Shown here: one piece after another, positions 1 through 11,381 of the stretch | How the letters are laid out: each line of letters begins with the position of its first letter | Numbering within the stretch: position 1 is the stretch's first letter | Assembly (NCBI GenBank): GCA_965208675.1 | Contig: OZ242351.1 | Location: 4,800,001 to 4,864,000, forward strand | Source of the DNA: Candidatus Poribacteria bacterium | Lineage (GTDB): Bacteria; Poribacteria; WGA-4E; PCPOR2b | Direction of reading: 5' to 3' | DNA: 64,000 bases | The notes under the pieces: generated by a model | Databases searched by the model: none | What the model was told of the DNA's origin: nothing | The model's input: the letters and a program-made list of their open reading frames with translations, nothing else | Translations under genes and position numbers: made by a program

Positions 1-2
1 TT

Positions 3-2918
3 CCAACGTCCCCCCAAGAAGATATTGCCGTGCAAATTGATGAAATCGAGCCCGAAAATACCCTTGTTCAATCCGGAGAAAACATCTCTATCTCCGCTAA
101 AGTGTTTGGACATTTTGACGCCCCAGTACATCTAAACTATCGTGCGGTACAGGCTATGAATCCGGCGAATCAGCGAACTGAGCACCCTGCGTCGTCTTCC
201 GACAAATGGCGGTCGATTTTAATGGAGCAGAACCACATGGAGACTAGCTATCACGTTGAATTGAAAAATGTTACGCAGTCAATGGATTATTATATCAGGG
301 TGAATGAAGCCGAGTCAGCACACTACCGTATTACTGTTGCGCACCGTCCAATCGTTAGGCATTTCCAGCTTAAACTTAGCTTTCCCAGATACACCCAGCT
401 CTCTCAGCACGTCTTGGAAGAGAATATCGGCGACATCAGTGCGCTAATTGGCACCGGGGTACAGTTCGATGGCGAAAGCAATAAGCCCCTTGCTTCAGCT
501 ACGCTAATCTTTGAAGAATCACCGGCTGTCAAGCTCAAAGTTTTAGACGATAACCAACTAGTCGGGAAATTTATTGTTCAACGCAGCGAAAAATACCATG
601 TTGAACTGATCGACGCCGATGGCATTTCGAATTCACAGCCGATTGTCTATACGATTCACACCATTAAGGATGCCGAACCGAAAATTGAAATTGTTGAGCC
701 TGGGAAAGATGTTACGCTTGATGAATCTATGACTGTAAACCTCCAGATCGATGTTGAGGATGACTATGGTGTACAAGAGATTCGGTTGGTTTATCGAGTT
801 GAAGGGCACAATGAAGGCGATAAGATTGTCTCGCTTAACGCATTCAATCCACCCCAAACTACCGCCTACACCGCGTTTGGTTGGGATATTGATTCAATAG
901 GGCTATTTCCGGAAGACATTGTTACATATCATGCGGAAGCAATTGACTCAGATAATGTTACTGGACCAAACGTAGGCAAATCTATCACCTACTCAATCCG
1001 TTTTCCATCTGTGGCAGAACTATATGAAGCAATTGAGGCTGAGCAGGAATTAGAGCAACACGGGGTGGAAGCCTTATTTAGGAGGCAAGCTGAAGTGAAA
1101 GCAACAATTGATGACCTGCTAAGCAAAATTCGCAAGAGTCAGCAGTTTACGCTCAAAGACGAAAAGTTAGTAAAACAGGTGCTTGAAACGCAGAAACAAA
1201 TTGAGCAAACCTCAAAGAATATTATCGAAGATATGAAGCAAACTGCCGAGCGGATGGAGAGGAATCAGTTGTTTGATTTGCAGACTATCCAGAAGTATCA
1301 GGAATTGCAAGAACTGATGGAGCAGGCGCTGTCAGAAACGCATAAAGAACTTCTGCGAAAATTGTCCGAGGCGTTGCAGCAGCGGCAACTGTCCGAACAA
1401 GAAAGAAAATTGATGGAGACGAATTTCGACCAAGAACAGTTTCTTCAGCAGTTGGATCGATTGAAAGAGCTCTATCAACAGTTAATTCTTGAACAAAAAT
1501 TGGAAGCGGCGGCTACGCAGGCTATAGATCTCGCTAAACGTCAGGAACGCTTGATGGACACGGTAAAGAATCTGATTAGTCAGGCCGAGCAATTAAATGA
1601 GGGGAAAGAAAAGGGACGAGAGAATCTTGCCGAACAAGAAAACCGAATTATGGAAGGCCTAGCGTCACTCCACGAAAAGCTTGATGAACTAGTGGAAAAA
1701 ATGTCGACACGAGTAAATCTGCAACGTGTCGCTGATGAAATAAAGCGGTTAAACCAGGCCGCACGAGAACGGGAAATCGCTCAAAAACTGCAATCCGCAG
1801 GTTCAGCAATTCAGCGGTCTCGCATGCATGCTGCAATCGTACCAGGTCAGCAGGCGCAGGAAGGACTGAATGACCTGGCACAAGGATTAGCAAACGCGAT
1901 GGAATTCATGGGGGCGAACGCTGATGAAGCTTTAGCGGCAATGCGAGAAGCCGTACGCGATGGCCTATTTCTCTCCCATCTGCAAGAAGGAGTAATTGAT
2001 GGGACTGAAGCACTCTTGAATTCGGGGCATGGACGTTATATCGAAAGTGAAATTAAACGGTTACAGCGATTGTCAGCGAGTGAATTGAGCATTTCATCGG
2101 GTATCGAGAATCTTGCCAGCGGACTTTGGGATTTAGGCAAGGAACAGATGCAAATCGATCTGAAAATCGTATTGAGGCTGCGCGCTGCAAGCGATGCCTT
2201 TGAGAGATCGGCGCGCGCTTTAGAAGATCGAAAACCAAGTCTGGCAATGCCTATACAAAAGCAGGGATTGGCTGATCTCAATAAAGCAATTTTTGATATC
2301 ATCAAGGCAATGAACCAAATGAACCAAATGAACCAACAGATGGGTATGGGCGGATTGCAGAGTATGCTGGAACAGCTCCAGGAAATGGCACAGAATCAAC
2401 AAAATCTGAATGAAATGGCTGAAAACCTACATGAACAGATGCGGCAGCAAGGACGGACACCGGAGATGAAACAGTTGCTCGATCGTTTGGCTTATGAGCA
2501 GGAGATGATACGTGAAGCGACCGAACGGCTAGCAGAAATGATGGGAATGATGCCACAAGTACTCGGCGATCTGAATAGTGTGTCCGCGGAAATGAAAGAA
2601 GTAGAAGCAGAACTCCAACAAGGCAACCTGAATCAACGCGTGTTAGAAAAGCAGCGACGGATTCTAACCCGAATGCTCGAAAGTTCAAAATCGTTACAGA
2701 AACGAGAAGTTAACAAAAGGCGCAAAGGTAAGGTCGCTAAAAATCCGGTGGATTCCACAATAGATGCACCTGCACTCGATTCCAAATTGCTAGAGACTGT
2801 CCGCCAGCTTGAGTCTGACCTAAAATCTGGCGGAAGAGACGGGTTTCCTCTTCAGTACCGCGGGTTGATTGAACGGTATTTTAAGGCATTATCTCGGGAA
2901 ACACAGAGAGGATTGTAG
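3..2918 (+). CDS. DUF4175-like protein (Ig-like domains followed by long Gln/Glu-rich coiled coil); 5' end lies outside the window
   Basis: Frame open from position 3; DDYGV motif, D-N-V-T-G-P-N-V-G-K-S segment, long helical Q/E-rich region, C-terminal P-x-Q-Y-R-x-L-I-E-R-Y-F-K-A-L typical of this family. Confidence 0.7.
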   Translation, partial: PTSPQEDIAVQIDEIEPENTLVQSGENISISAKVFGHFDAPVHLNYRAVQAMNPANQRTEHPASSSDKWRSILMEQNHMETSYHVELKNVTQSMDYYIRVNEAESAHYRITVAHRPIVRHFQLKLSFPRYTQLSQHVLEENIGDISALIGTGVQFDGESNKPLASATLIFEESPAVKLKVLDDNQLVGKFIVQRSEKYHVELIDADGISNSQPIVYTIHTIKDAEPKIEIVEPGKDVTLDESMTVNLQIDVEDDYGVQEIRLVYRVEGHNEGDKIVSLNAFNPPQTTAYTAFGWDIDSIGLFPEDIVTYHAEAIDSDNVTGPNVGKSITYSIRFPSVAELYEAIEAEQELEQHGVEALFRRQAEVKATIDDLLSKIRKSQQFTLKDEKLVKQVLETQKQIEQTSKNIIEDMKQTAERMERNQLFDLQTIQKYQELQELMEQALSETHKELLRKLSEALQQRQLSEQERKLMETNFDQEQFLQQLDRLKELYQQLILEQKLEAAATQAIDLAKRQERLMDTVKNLISQAEQLNEGKEKGRENLAEQENRIMEGLASLHEKLDELVEKMSTRVNLQRVADEIKRLNQAAREREIAQKLQSAGSAIQRSRMHAAIVPGQQAQEGLNDLAQGLANAMEFMGANADEALAAMREAVRDGLFLSHLQEGVIDGTEALLNSGHGRYIESEIKRLQRLSASELSISSGIENLASGLWDLGKEQMQIDLKIVLRLRAASDAFERSARALEDRKPSLAMPIQKQGLADLNKAIFDIIKAMNQMNQMNQQMGMGGLQSMLEQLQEMAQNQQNLNEMAENLHEQMRQQGRTPEMKQLLDRLAYEQEMIREATERLAEMMGMMPQVLGDLNSVSAEMKEVEAELQQGNLNQRVLEKQRRILTRMLESSKSLQKREVNKRRKGKVAKNPVDSTIDAPALDSKLLETVRQLESDLKSGGRDGFPLQYRGLIERYFKALSRETQRGL
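2310..2336 (+). repeat. Perfect 9-bp tandem repeat (ATGAACCAA)x3 encoding MNQMNQMNQ
   Basis: Read directly from sequence. Confidence 0.9.
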
Positions 2919-3217
2919 AAATTGGCGGCATAACTAGGATGGAAGCACGGAGTTTTTATTTAAGTTAAAGACGTGAAATTCCAAGTTCGCCGGACGTTTT
3001 AACCCGTATTCGTTTAATGCGAATCAAAACACCAAATCTCCGTGCTTAGGAAATCGAAAAATCTTGAATTATTGATAGCGCCAAAATTTCGGGGATTGCG
3101 TTGGAGAGGGAAGAGAATCAGTTACGCACGGCTTTTAAGAAATCATGGAAGGAAATGAGTAGGTTGGACATTTGACAAGTGGGTAGGTATTGGGAGACAC
3201 TAGCCTTGCTTGTCTCC

Positions 3218-3574
3218 TTACTCATCAACTAAACTAATGTAAGCCATCTGAGCATCATCACCGCCTCGTACCTCCCCGCGAATGATGCGAGTATACCCGC
3301 CATTTCGGTTCTCATAACGAGGACCAATCTCATCGAACAACTTCTGCAAAATGAAATGATCGTGAATGATTCGAGCAGCTTGCCGGCGTGCGTGCAGGTC
3401 ACCTCGTTTGGCTAACGTAATCAGTTTTTCTGCAATTCGCCTGAGTTCCTTACACTTGGGTAGCGTGGTCCGAATCTGCTCATGTTCAAGCAGCGCGGTT
3501 GCTTGGTTACTGAATAAAGCCTTACGATGGCTACTTGTTCTCCCCAGTTTCCGTCCGCTCTTTCTATGACGCAT
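3218..3574 (-). CDS. rplQ: 50S ribosomal protein L17
   Basis: [27 protein letters not shown]; follows rpoA. Confidence 0.99.
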   Translation of the reverse strand: MRHRKSGRKLGRTSSHRKALFSNQATALLEHEQIRTTLPKCKELRRIAEKLITLAKRGDLHARRQAARIIHDHFILQKLFDEIGPRYENRNGGYTRIIRGEVRGGDDAQMAYISLVDE

Positions 3575-3576
3575 AA

Positions 3577-4560
3577 TTATTCATCCTTCTCTTCGTTTGC
3601 ATCATCCAGGATCATTCCTAAGGAGAGTCCCATACCCGCAAGAATATCTTTAATCTCATTTAAAGATTTCCTGCCAAAATTGCGGAATTTGAGCATTTCT
3701 TGCTCGGTTTTTTGCACCAAGTCTCTTATGGTTACAATCTTGGCAGCCTCCAAACAATTCGCCGATCGCACTGACAGTTCTAGCTCTGCGACGGGTTTGG
3801 ATAAAAATTTATCGCGTTGAACCTTTTCTTCATCAATTACAACTTCTGGTTCAACATAAGTTTCATCAAAATCGCTAAACAGCCGTAGCTGATCAAGCAA
3901 AATTTCCGCTGCCCGCGTCACCGCCTCTTTTGCGGTGAGGCTCGCATCTGTCCATACCTCCAAGATGAGACGATCAAAATTTGTCATGTGTCCAACTCGT
4001 GTTTCTTCAACATGAAAATTCGCTTTCTTGACGGGGGAGAATTGGGCGTCAAGCGGGATTACGCCAATTGGTTGTTCAGGACTCAAATGTTCTTCAGAAA
4101 GTGCATAACCACGCCCTTTACACACTTGCATTTCCATATTCAAACCGTTACACTTATCAAGCGTTGCAATGTGTTGATCCGGGTTGATAATATCAATCTG
4201 ACTATTTGGTTGAATATCCGCTGCAGTAACCTCAGATGAGCCTTCTGCAAACAATCGCAATGAAACAATTTCATCGGTATAGACATGGAATCTTATTTCT
4301 TTGAGGTTAAGAAGAATCTGAACGATATCTTCACGCACTCCTTCAATTGTCGAATATTCATGCCTTACATTTTCAATAGCAACAGTAATAATTGCTGCGC
4401 CTTCAATCGATGACAACAAAACCCGTCTCAGAGCATTACCAAGTGTAATCCCAAATCCTCTAGCGAGTGGTTCAGCAATGAATTTCCCATAATCAGCCCT
4501 TAAAGTGTCCAAATCTGCGACAAGACGCTGCGGCTTAGTAATTTCCCAACCCGTCATCAA
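3577..4560 (-). CDS. rpoA: RNA polymerase alpha subunit
   Basis: [45 protein letters not shown]. Confidence 0.99.
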   Translation of the reverse strand: MMTGWEITKPQRLVADLDTLRADYGKFIAEPLARGFGITLGNALRRVLLSSIEGAAIITVAIENVRHEYSTIEGVREDIVQILLNLKEIRFHVYTDEIVSLRLFAEGSSEVTAADIQPNSQIDIINPDQHIATLDKCNGLNMEMQVCKGRGYALSEEHLSPEQPIGVIPLDAQFSPVKKANFHVEETRVGHMTNFDRLILEVWTDASLTAKEAVTRAAEILLDQLRLFSDFDETYVEPEVVIDEEKVQRDKFLSKPVAELELSVRSANCLEAAKIVTIRDLVQKTEQEMLKFRNFGRKSLNEIKDILAGMGLSLGMILDDANEEKDE

Positions 4561-4578
4561 TTTAATCTCCCTGCATCA

Positions 4579-5205
4579 TTACTTGGAATAAAACTCAACA
4601 ATCAGTTGTGTTTGGAGGTTGGCAGCAACTTGATCCGCTTGGGGAAATGCCCGTACAACTCCCTCCTGTTTGTCCACATCTAGTTCTAACCAATCCGGTG
4701 TCCCTTTGTGTTGAGCAAGTTCTAAAGATTCGCTAATAATCGCTACATTGCGACTCTTTTCGCGGACCTGAATGACTCCTCCAACGGGTACGGAGTAAGA
4801 GGGTATATTCGCCCGTTTCCCGTTCACAAGGAAGTGGTTGTGCTTAACGAGTTGGCGTGCCTGCGAACGTGAACTTGCAAAACCTAGCCGAAAAACTAAA
4901 TTGTCTAACCGACGTTCCAAGAGTACAACTAGATTTTGGCCGACAATGCCTTTTTGACGTGCCGCTTTCAAATAGTATCTTCTAAATTGTTTTTCTAAGA
5001 CACCGTAAATTCGTTTAGCTTTCTGTTTTTCGCGTAATTGCCGCCCATACTCTTTTACTTTGCTTGACTTCTGACCATGCTCACCGGGCGGGTAGGCACG
5101 ACGTTCAATGGCACACTTTGGGGAATGGCAACGTGACCCTTTCAAAAAAAGTTTTTCCCCTTCTCTTCGACACAACTTACAGACCGAATCTAAATATCTG
5201 CTCAT
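4579..5205 (-). CDS. rpsD: 30S ribosomal protein S4 (Zn-binding form)
   Basis: [37 protein letters not shown]. Confidence 0.99.
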   Translation of the reverse strand: MSRYLDSVCKLCRREGEKLFLKGSRCHSPKCAIERRAYPPGEHGQKSSKVKEYGRQLREKQKAKRIYGVLEKQFRRYYLKAARQKGIVGQNLVVLLERRLDNLVFRLGFASSRSQARQLVKHNHFLVNGKRANIPSYSVPVGGVIQVREKSRNVAIISESLELAQHKGTPDWLELDVDKQEGVVRAFPQADQVAANLQTQLIVEFYSK

Positions 5206-5246
5206 TTTTACTCTCTAAAATTAGGTTACTGAAATCCAAATTTCAA

Positions 5247-5615
5247 TCAAACGCGGCGACGCTTAGGAGGACGGCACCCATTATGTGGAATTGGCGTGAC
5301 ATCTTTCAGCGAAGTAATTTCCAATCCGGCCGCTGACAGTGCTCGAATCGTAGATTCTCTGCCGGCGCCTGGTCCTTTTACACGAACCTCAACGCGTTTC
5401 ATACCTTGCTCCATTGCTTTTCTTGCAACAGCCTCCGCTGTCTGTTGAGCCGCAAACGGAGTAGATTTTCTGGAGCCTCGAAAGTTCATCCCAGCGCTTG
5501 CCCAAGCGACTGTATGACCGTTTGGATCTGTAATCGTAACAATCGTATTGTTGAATGTTGCCTGTATGTGGGCAATTCCTTCAGGAACGAATTTTTTTTC
5601 TTTCCTTTTTCTCAA
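5247..5615 (-). CDS. rpsK: 30S ribosomal protein S11
   Basis: [27 protein letters not shown]; TTG start. Confidence 0.99.
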   Translation of the reverse strand: MRKRKEKKFVPEGIAHIQATFNNTIVTITDPNGHTVAWASAGMNFRGSRKSTPFAAQQTAEAVARKAMEQGMKRVEVRVKGPGAGRESTIRALSAAGLEITSLKDVTPIPHNGCRPPKRRRV

Positions 5616-5701
5616 ACGTAAACTCCTTATAAAAACCTTTTTGGGCTACAATATCACATTAAGAATGCCATCTATTCAAACGGGTGAGTTTCATACGGAT
5701 A

Positions 5702-6097
5702 TCAGCCACCTCTTCGCGCAGATTCTTTTGCTTTTCTGCCAACTGAAATAGTCCTTGCTCTTCCTTTGCGCGTGCGTGCATTTGTACTCGTACGTTGACC
5801 TCGAACAGGCAGTTGTCTACGATGACGTAACCCACGATAACTATTGATGTCTACCAGTCGTTTTATGTTTAGCTCAATCTCACGCCTGAGATCGCCTTCC
5901 ACCTTGTATTCCTGGCCTATGTTGTTTCTCAACCGGCTAATTTCGTCTTCAGTGAGATCTTGAGATTTTGTCTCAGGATTTATTTGCAACTCCTCCACCA
6001 TGTTTGATGCGGTACGACGACCAATTCCAAAAATGTGCGTGAGTGCAATATCTATTCTTTTGTTCCGAGGTAAATCGACACCGGCAATTCTTGCCAC
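5702..6097 (-). CDS. rpsM: 30S ribosomal protein S13
   Basis: [26 protein letters not shown]; start moved to GTG at 6097 behind a GGGAGG Shine-Dalgarno. Confidence 0.98.
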   Translation of the reverse strand: MARIAGVDLPRNKRIDIALTHIFGIGRRTASNMVEELQINPETKSQDLTEDEISRLRNNIGQEYKVEGDLRREIELNIKRLVDINSYRGLRHRRQLPVRGQRTSTNARTRKGRARTISVGRKAKESARRGG

Positions 6098-6222
6098 AGT
6101 TGCCCTCCCCAATGGATTGAAGGTTCTTGTTGCATTTGCCCTAGACTGGCACGCAATGAGATGCCAAAATCAAACTTTCCAATTGCCTTATAACTTGACC
6201 TTATTTCGCTAACCCCAAAAGA

Positions 6223-6339
6223 CTATCCTTGTCTCTGTTTGTGTTTTGGATTTGCGGGGCAAATTACCCGGACAATCCCTTTTCTCTTTATAACTATACA
6301 CTTATTACATATTTTCTTTACTGAAGCGCGAACTTTCAT
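6223..6339 (-). CDS. rpmJ: 50S ribosomal protein L36 (not in ORF track)
   Basis: Manual translation [38 protein letters not shown]. Confidence 0.98.
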   Translation of the reverse strand: MKVRASVKKICNKCIVIKRKGIVRVICPANPKHKQRQG

Positions 6340-6416
6340 AATACTTCCTCTTCTCATTTGGACGTTCGGGTTTTGTAAGCGAGCAATGTGTGAAAAAAGG
6401 GTATTGCCTATGGTTG

Positions 6417-7751
6417 CTATCTGGACCGTCGTCCTCTCATACGTCTATCTTGCAGAAATCCCTCATAATGTCTCATGGTCAGGTAGGACTCGATTTGGGA
6501 CATTGTATCCAATACAACACCTACAACAATCAAGATTGAAGCCCCTTCTATTAATGTTCCGACACCGAGACCTGCTTGCAAAATAATAGGAATTACTGCG
6601 ATGGCGGCGAGAAAGAGTGCGCCGGGTAAAGTAATCCTGGTTAAAGTATCATTAATATACTCCGCTGTCCGTTTACCGGGACGAATCCCCGGAATGAATC
6701 CGCCGTATTTTTTCAAATCATCAGCCATCTGAACCGGGTTAATCTGGACAGCAGTGTAGAAAAACGTGAAACCAACAATGAGAAGCGCATAAGTTATCAT
6801 ATATAAGGGAGTTCCCGAACTGAAAATTCCCCGTGCGCCATCGACCCAACCCCAGGTTTGCGGCAAGAAACCCAAAGCTGTGGAAGGAAATTGGATTAGC
6901 GTCACCGCGAAAATGATGGGAATCATACCTGCAGCGTTTACACGAAGGGGCAGATGGGTAGTTTGACCGCCGAATACCTTGCGCCCAACTACTCGCCGCG
7001 CATACTGAACGGGAATCTTACGAACGGCCAATTGAATATAGACCGTTCCCATGATGGCTATTACAGCCAGTACCAAAAATAAAGCAAGTTGAGGAAGTCC
7101 AAATTTTGGATCGCTAAACAGACGACCAAAAAGTGTACTAGCGCCGCCCGGCATGCCTGCAAGGATTCCAATGGTAATGATCAACGAAATGCCTTGCCCA
7201 ATTCCCCGCTCTGTAATCTGCTCGCCAAGCCACATCACAAACGAGGTACCTGCCATCAGAGTGATGACGGTGACGAAATGGAACATCCAACCCGGATTCG
7301 TTACGATTGTCCTATCCAGACCAACAATTGCACCGGGGTTGAGCAAAATGAAACTTATTGTGATTCCTTGAACAACGCTAAGAATGACGGTTCCGTAGCG
7401 CGTATATTGCGTAATTTTTTTGCGTCCATCAGGTTCTTTTGATAGTTTTTCAAGTGAGGGAATAACAACGGTGAGAAGCTGCATGATGATCATGGCGCTG
7501 ATGTAAGGCTGAATACCAAGCGCAAATATGGTCATCTGGGCGAACGCACCTCCGGAAAACAGATCTACTAGCCCAATCATTCCGCCCGTGCGTTCCTTTA
7601 ACGCCTCAAAGAATTCTTTCAACGCCGCATCATCAATCCCCGGCAAGGTAATGTGAGCGCCCAATCGATATACAATTAACAACATCGCCGTGAAGAACAG
7701 CCGTTTGCGTAATTCCGGAATTTTCAAAGCATTTTGAAAAGCCTTAATCAT
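6417..7751 (-). CDS. secY: Preprotein translocase subunit SecY
   Basis: [42 protein letters not shown]; multiple TM segments. Confidence 0.99.
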   Translation of the reverse strand: MIKAFQNALKIPELRKRLFFTAMLLIVYRLGAHITLPGIDDAALKEFFEALKERTGGMIGLVDLFSGGAFAQMTIFALGIQPYISAMIIMQLLTVVIPSLEKLSKEPDGRKKITQYTRYGTVILSVVQGITISFILLNPGAIVGLDRTIVTNPGWMFHFVTVITLMAGTSFVMWLGEQITERGIGQGISLIITIGILAGMPGGASTLFGRLFSDPKFGLPQLALFLVLAVIAIMGTVYIQLAVRKIPVQYARRVVGRKVFGGQTTHLPLRVNAAGMIPIIFAVTLIQFPSTALGFLPQTWGWVDGARGIFSSGTPLYMITYALLIVGFTFFYTAVQINPVQMADDLKKYGGFIPGIRPGKRTAEYINDTLTRITLPGALFLAAIAVIPIILQAGLGVGTLIEGASILIVVGVVLDTMSQIESYLTMRHYEGFLQDRRMRGRRSR

Positions 7752-8200
7752 TATTGCATTACCTCAATTTTACCGCCTGCGGATTCTATTTTCTCAATGG
7801 CAGACTTTGAAAATTTATGGCTCTGTACAGTTAATTGCTTTTCAAGATTTCCGGATCCTAGGATTTTTACTCTGGCATTCCCGCCGTGAATAATTCTGGC
7901 TTCTCGCAGAACCTCTAGCGTAATTGTCCTCCCATTTTCAAAACGATTTAGCGTTTCTACATTAACGACGTCATACGTAATGTGTTTATGCCCCACTTTA
8001 CTAGGACCACGCTTGGGAAGCCGCCTAACGAAGGGCATTTGCCCCCCTTCGAACCAGTCCGGGATAGACCCGCCGGACCTCGACTTTTGCCCTTTGTGCC
8101 CTCTACCACAGGTTTTTCCCCAACCTGAAGCGTTTCCGCGCCCAACCCGTTTTCTTGGACGTTTTGAGTTCTTAGCTGGTTTGAGAGTGTTCAAATTCAT
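7751..8200 (-). CDS. rplO: 50S ribosomal protein L15
   Basis: RVGRGNASGWGKTCGRGHKGQKSRSG, FEGGQMP. Confidence 0.99.
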   Translation of the reverse strand: MNLNTLKPAKNSKRPRKRVGRGNASGWGKTCGRGHKGQKSRSGGSIPDWFEGGQMPFVRRLPKRGPSKVGHKHITYDVVNVETLNRFENGRTITLEVLREARIIHGGNARVKILGSGNLEKQLTVQSHKFSKSAIEKIESAGGKIEVMQ

Positions 8201-8212
8201 TGGAATTTTGTC

Positions 8213-8734
8213 CTAGTGGGCGTCCATTTTATTTCGAAGTTCTTCAATGGCTTTACCACGGAGGTGAGTAACTTCATCAATATCCTTCAAAGCGCGCAGC
8301 GCTTGCATAGTTGCTTCTGCAATATTTTTTGCATTTCTAGATCCTAACCGCTTGGTCAATATATCCTGAACGCCGGCAAATTCCAGAATTATCCGTGTTG
8401 CAAGACCGGCGATAATCCCTGTACCGGGGCTTGCCGGTTTCAGAAGGACTTTAGCAGCTTTAAATTGACCTACAATTTCGTGTGGTATCGTACTTCCTGA
8501 CAACGGTACGCGGATTAGATTTTTCTTGGCATCAGCAATACTCTTGCTGATAGCGGAAGGTATTTCATTCGCGCTGCCAAATCCGATGCCAACAATGCCA
8601 TCGCGGTTCCCCACGGCTGAAAGCGCATTGAAACTCGGTGTTCGTCCGCCTTTGCGCACGCGCATTACGCGATTAATGTCAATTGGGCGTTCCTCAAATT
8701 CAAATTCATCCGGGTTGATCTTTTCCTTCAACAA
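8213..8734 (-). CDS. rpsE: 30S ribosomal protein S5
   Basis: KGGR loop, TIPHEIVG, LKPASPGTGIIAG. Confidence 0.98.
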   Translation of the reverse strand: MLKEKINPDEFEFEERPIDINRVMRVRKGGRTPSFNALSAVGNRDGIVGIGFGSANEIPSAISKSIADAKKNLIRVPLSGSTIPHEIVGQFKAAKVLLKPASPGTGIIAGLATRIILEFAGVQDILTKRLGSRNAKNIAEATMQALRALKDIDEVTHLRGKAIEELRNKMDAH

Positions 8735-8760
8735 AAAAGTTTGCCTCCACGTTGAAATCT

Positions 8761-9129
8761 TTAAAACTTCAATCCGCCTTCCCTAGCAGCGTCTGCGAGC
8801 CCTTGGACCCTTCCATGATAAGGATTTCCTCCCCGGTCGAACACAACGGAATCAATCTTCCGTTCTATCGCTTTGTTCGCAATCAACTGTCCAACTTTCC
8901 GAGCCGCATCAATATTACCTGCTGTAGACAAGTTATTTTTTAACTCCGGTGAAAGGGTTGATGCTGCAACGAGCGTAATCCCTTTCTCATCATCAATTAT
9001 CTGTGTATAAATGTGCTTAAGACTTTTAAATACGGCAAGCCTTGGTCTTTTGCTGGAACCGACAATTTTCTTTCTGACTCGTTGTTTACGCATCTTTCTA
9101 GCGATATATTTCCTCTTTATCCGATCCAA
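8761..9129 (-). CDS. rplR: 50S ribosomal protein L18
   Basis: [29 protein letters not shown]. Confidence 0.99.
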   Translation of the reverse strand: MDRIKRKYIARKMRKQRVRKKIVGSSKRPRLAVFKSLKHIYTQIIDDEKGITLVAASTLSPELKNNLSTAGNIDAARKVGQLIANKAIERKIDSVVFDRGGNPYHGRVQGLADAAREGGLKF

Positions 9130-9155
9130 GACTATCCTCCACGATATGTTCGGGG

Positions 9156-9722
9156 TTACGCCCTCGCTTTCCCTTCTTTCATTCGGACACGTTCGCCTTC
9201 ATAGCGGATACCTTTACACGGCTCGTAAACTTCAGGTTTTTTTATCTGTCGAATTGATGCAGCAACCTGTCCTACAAGTTGTTTATCAATGCCGTTTACC
9301 GTGATGGGTATATGAGGTTGCCCATCCACGTTTTCTAGGGTACCCACACTCAAGGTAACACCATCAGGGGGAGAATAAATAACCGGGTGAGAATATCCAA
9401 CATTTAAAACCAGACGCTTTTGCCGATCTATTTCCGCCCGGTACCCTGTTCCTACGGCACGAAGTCTCTTTTCAAATCCTTTGCTTACACCAGCTACCAT
9501 ATTCGCAATGAGGCTTCGAGTTAACCCATGTAGAGACCGATGTATCTTTTGGTTGCTCGGCCGGCTAACCGCAATTACACCATCGACTAAATCCACTTCT
9601 ATGTTTTCAGGTATCTTCCAACTTAGGTTACCTTTTGGTCCTTCAACAGTGATATCCCTTCGCTCCACAGCTACTTTCACATTCGATGGTACCGCAATGG
9701 CCATACGTCCTATTCGAGACAT
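9156..9722 (-). CDS. rplF: 50S ribosomal protein L6
   Basis: MSRIG, VEGPKG, GYSHP, KGIRY. Confidence 0.98.
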   Translation of the reverse strand: MSRIGRMAIAVPSNVKVAVERRDITVEGPKGNLSWKIPENIEVDLVDGVIAVSRPSNQKIHRSLHGLTRSLIANMVAGVSKGFEKRLRAVGTGYRAEIDRQKRLVLNVGYSHPVIYSPPDGVTLSVGTLENVDGQPHIPITVNGIDKQLVGQVAASIRQIKKPEVYEPCKGIRYEGERVRMKEGKARA

Positions 9723-9754
9723 TACATTCATCTCCTATGTCCAAAACCTAAAAA

Positions 9755-10153
9755 TTACCAAACAAAACAGAGGACTTCACCGCCGATGCTGACCTTCCTG
9801 CATTCAAATGCGGTCTTCACACCTTGGGAGGTCGAAAGTATCGCGATCCCTAAATCTCCGTACACCCGAGGTAAGTCTGTCGCTTTTACATAAACACGCC
9901 GCCCCGGTTTGCTGATTCGCTTAATGCCTGTAATGACCTTCTCTTGATTGTCTCCATACTTAAGGTAAATCCTCAAAATGCCCTGTTTTCTGTCATCGAT
10001 CAAGCGATAGTTTCGAAGAAACCCTTCCTCGTGGAGGATACGGGCGATTTCCAACTTTAGATTTGACGCGGGTATTTCAACGCGATCGTGCCGGACTATA
10101 TTCGCATTGCGAATGCGAGTTAACATATCCGCGATAGGATCTGTCATTGACAT
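9755..10153 (-). CDS. rpsH: 30S ribosomal protein S8
   Basis: [32 protein letters not shown]. Confidence 0.99.
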   Translation of the reverse strand: MSMTDPIADMLTRIRNANIVRHDRVEIPASNLKLEIARILHEEGFLRNYRLIDDRKQGILRIYLKYGDNQEKVITGIKRISKPGRRVYVKATDLPRVYGDLGIAILSTSQGVKTAFECRKVSIGGEVLCFVW

Positions 10154-10168
10154 TAGTATTCTTCTCCT

Positions 10169-10354
10169 TTACCAACTCGCCTTTCTCACACCGGGTATCT
10201 TGCCGGCCCTGGCTAACAATCGGAAGCAAATTCGGCAACATTCAAACCGGCGCAGGAAGCCTCGAGAGCGTCCACATATTCGGCATCGATTGTATTTGCG
10301 CGTCCTAAACTTGGGAGTTCTTTTCTGCTTTGCAATGAGTGCTTTAGTTGCCAA
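10169..10354 (-). CDS. rpsN: 30S ribosomal protein S14, type Z (61 aa)
   Basis: RCRICGR...CRICFR...IPGVRKASW; TTG start at 10354 after AGGAGG. Confidence 0.97.
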   Translation of the reverse strand: MATKALIAKQKRTPKFRTRKYNRCRICGRSRGFLRRFECCRICFRLLARAGKIPGVRKASW

Positions 10355-10398
10355 CCCCAACCTCCTTTCTTCAGCTATGCCCGGGACAAAGCATGCAA

Positions 10399-10938
10399 TC
10401 ATCCTCTAAATGGCATGCCCATGAGACGCAAGAATTCATGGCCCTCTTCGTCTGTTGAGGCCGTAGTAACTATGGAAATATTTAAACCTCGGACTTCACT
10501 CACGCGATCGTAGTCTATCTCCGGAAAAATAACCTGTTCATGAAGACCTAGCGAATAATTTCCGCGTCCATCGAATGAATTTGGGGAGAGCCCTCTAAAA
10601 TCTCGAATTTGCGGTAACACAGCGTTTACGAGCCGATTGAAAAACTCATACATCGTGTCCCGCCGTAGAGTGACCTTACAACCGATAGCCATACCATCGC
10701 GTATCTTGAAAGCGGACACTGATTTTTTGGCTCGCGTGATAATTGCGCGTTGACCGGCTATTAGCGTCAGTTCTTCGACAGCATTCTCCAGCAATTTAGG
10801 ATTCTGTGTTGCAGCGCCAACCCCAATATTCAACGCAATTTTTTCAAGTTTTGGAACTTGCATGATGTTTGAATAATCAAAGCGCCGTTGGAGCGCGGGC
10901 GCGACCTCTTCTTTATAAAACGATCTAAATGGACTCAT
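10399..10938 (-). CDS. rplE: 50S ribosomal protein L5
   Basis: VPKLEKI, RDFRGL, FDGRGNY, IFPEI. Confidence 0.99.
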   Translation of the reverse strand: MSPFRSFYKEEVAPALQRRFDYSNIMQVPKLEKIALNIGVGAATQNPKLLENAVEELTLIAGQRAIITRAKKSVSAFKIRDGMAIGCKVTLRRDTMYEFFNRLVNAVLPQIRDFRGLSPNSFDGRGNYSLGLHEQVIFPEIDYDRVSEVRGLNISIVTTASTDEEGHEFLRLMGMPFRG

Positions 10939-10999
10939 CAGTTTTTCCTCACGCGGAGAAAATTTTGCGCAGATATGGCAATTTATGTGTATCTAAGAA

Positions 11000-11350
11000 T
11001 TATTCGTTTTCGGCTACTTCCCCGCATTTTTTACATATGCGCAATCGGCGTTTTTTTGTTCGGTCTCCGATTTCTTTCTCAAACACTTGGCGTTTTGTAC
11101 GCGCTGGCTGATTACACTTAGGGCAAATTAATTTCAGGTTAGAAATGTGAATAGTACCTTCTTTCTCTACAATCCCGCCTTGCCCTTGCGGATTGGGACG
11201 AAGGTGCATCGTCGCCATGTGGATGCCTTCGACAACTGCACGATTTTTACTGTATAGCGTCTCAAGCACGGTTCCTCTCTTGCCCGCATCTTTCCCGCTC
11301 AACACTAATACAAAATCGTCTTTTCTGATATGAAATTTCCGCAGCGCCAC
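11000..11350 (-). CDS. rplX: 50S ribosomal protein L24 with C-terminal CxxC...CxxC
   Basis: KOW motif VLSGKDAGKRG, IHISN; position after rplN. Confidence 0.97.
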   Translation of the reverse strand: MALRKFHIRKDDFVLVLSGKDAGKRGTVLETLYSKNRAVVEGIHMATMHLRPNPQGQGGIVEKEGTIHISNLKLICPKCNQPARTKRQVFEKEIGDRTKKRRLRICKKCGEVAENE

Positions 11351-11381
11351 GAATACCTCCTTAAGGAACAGAAATGCCTTT

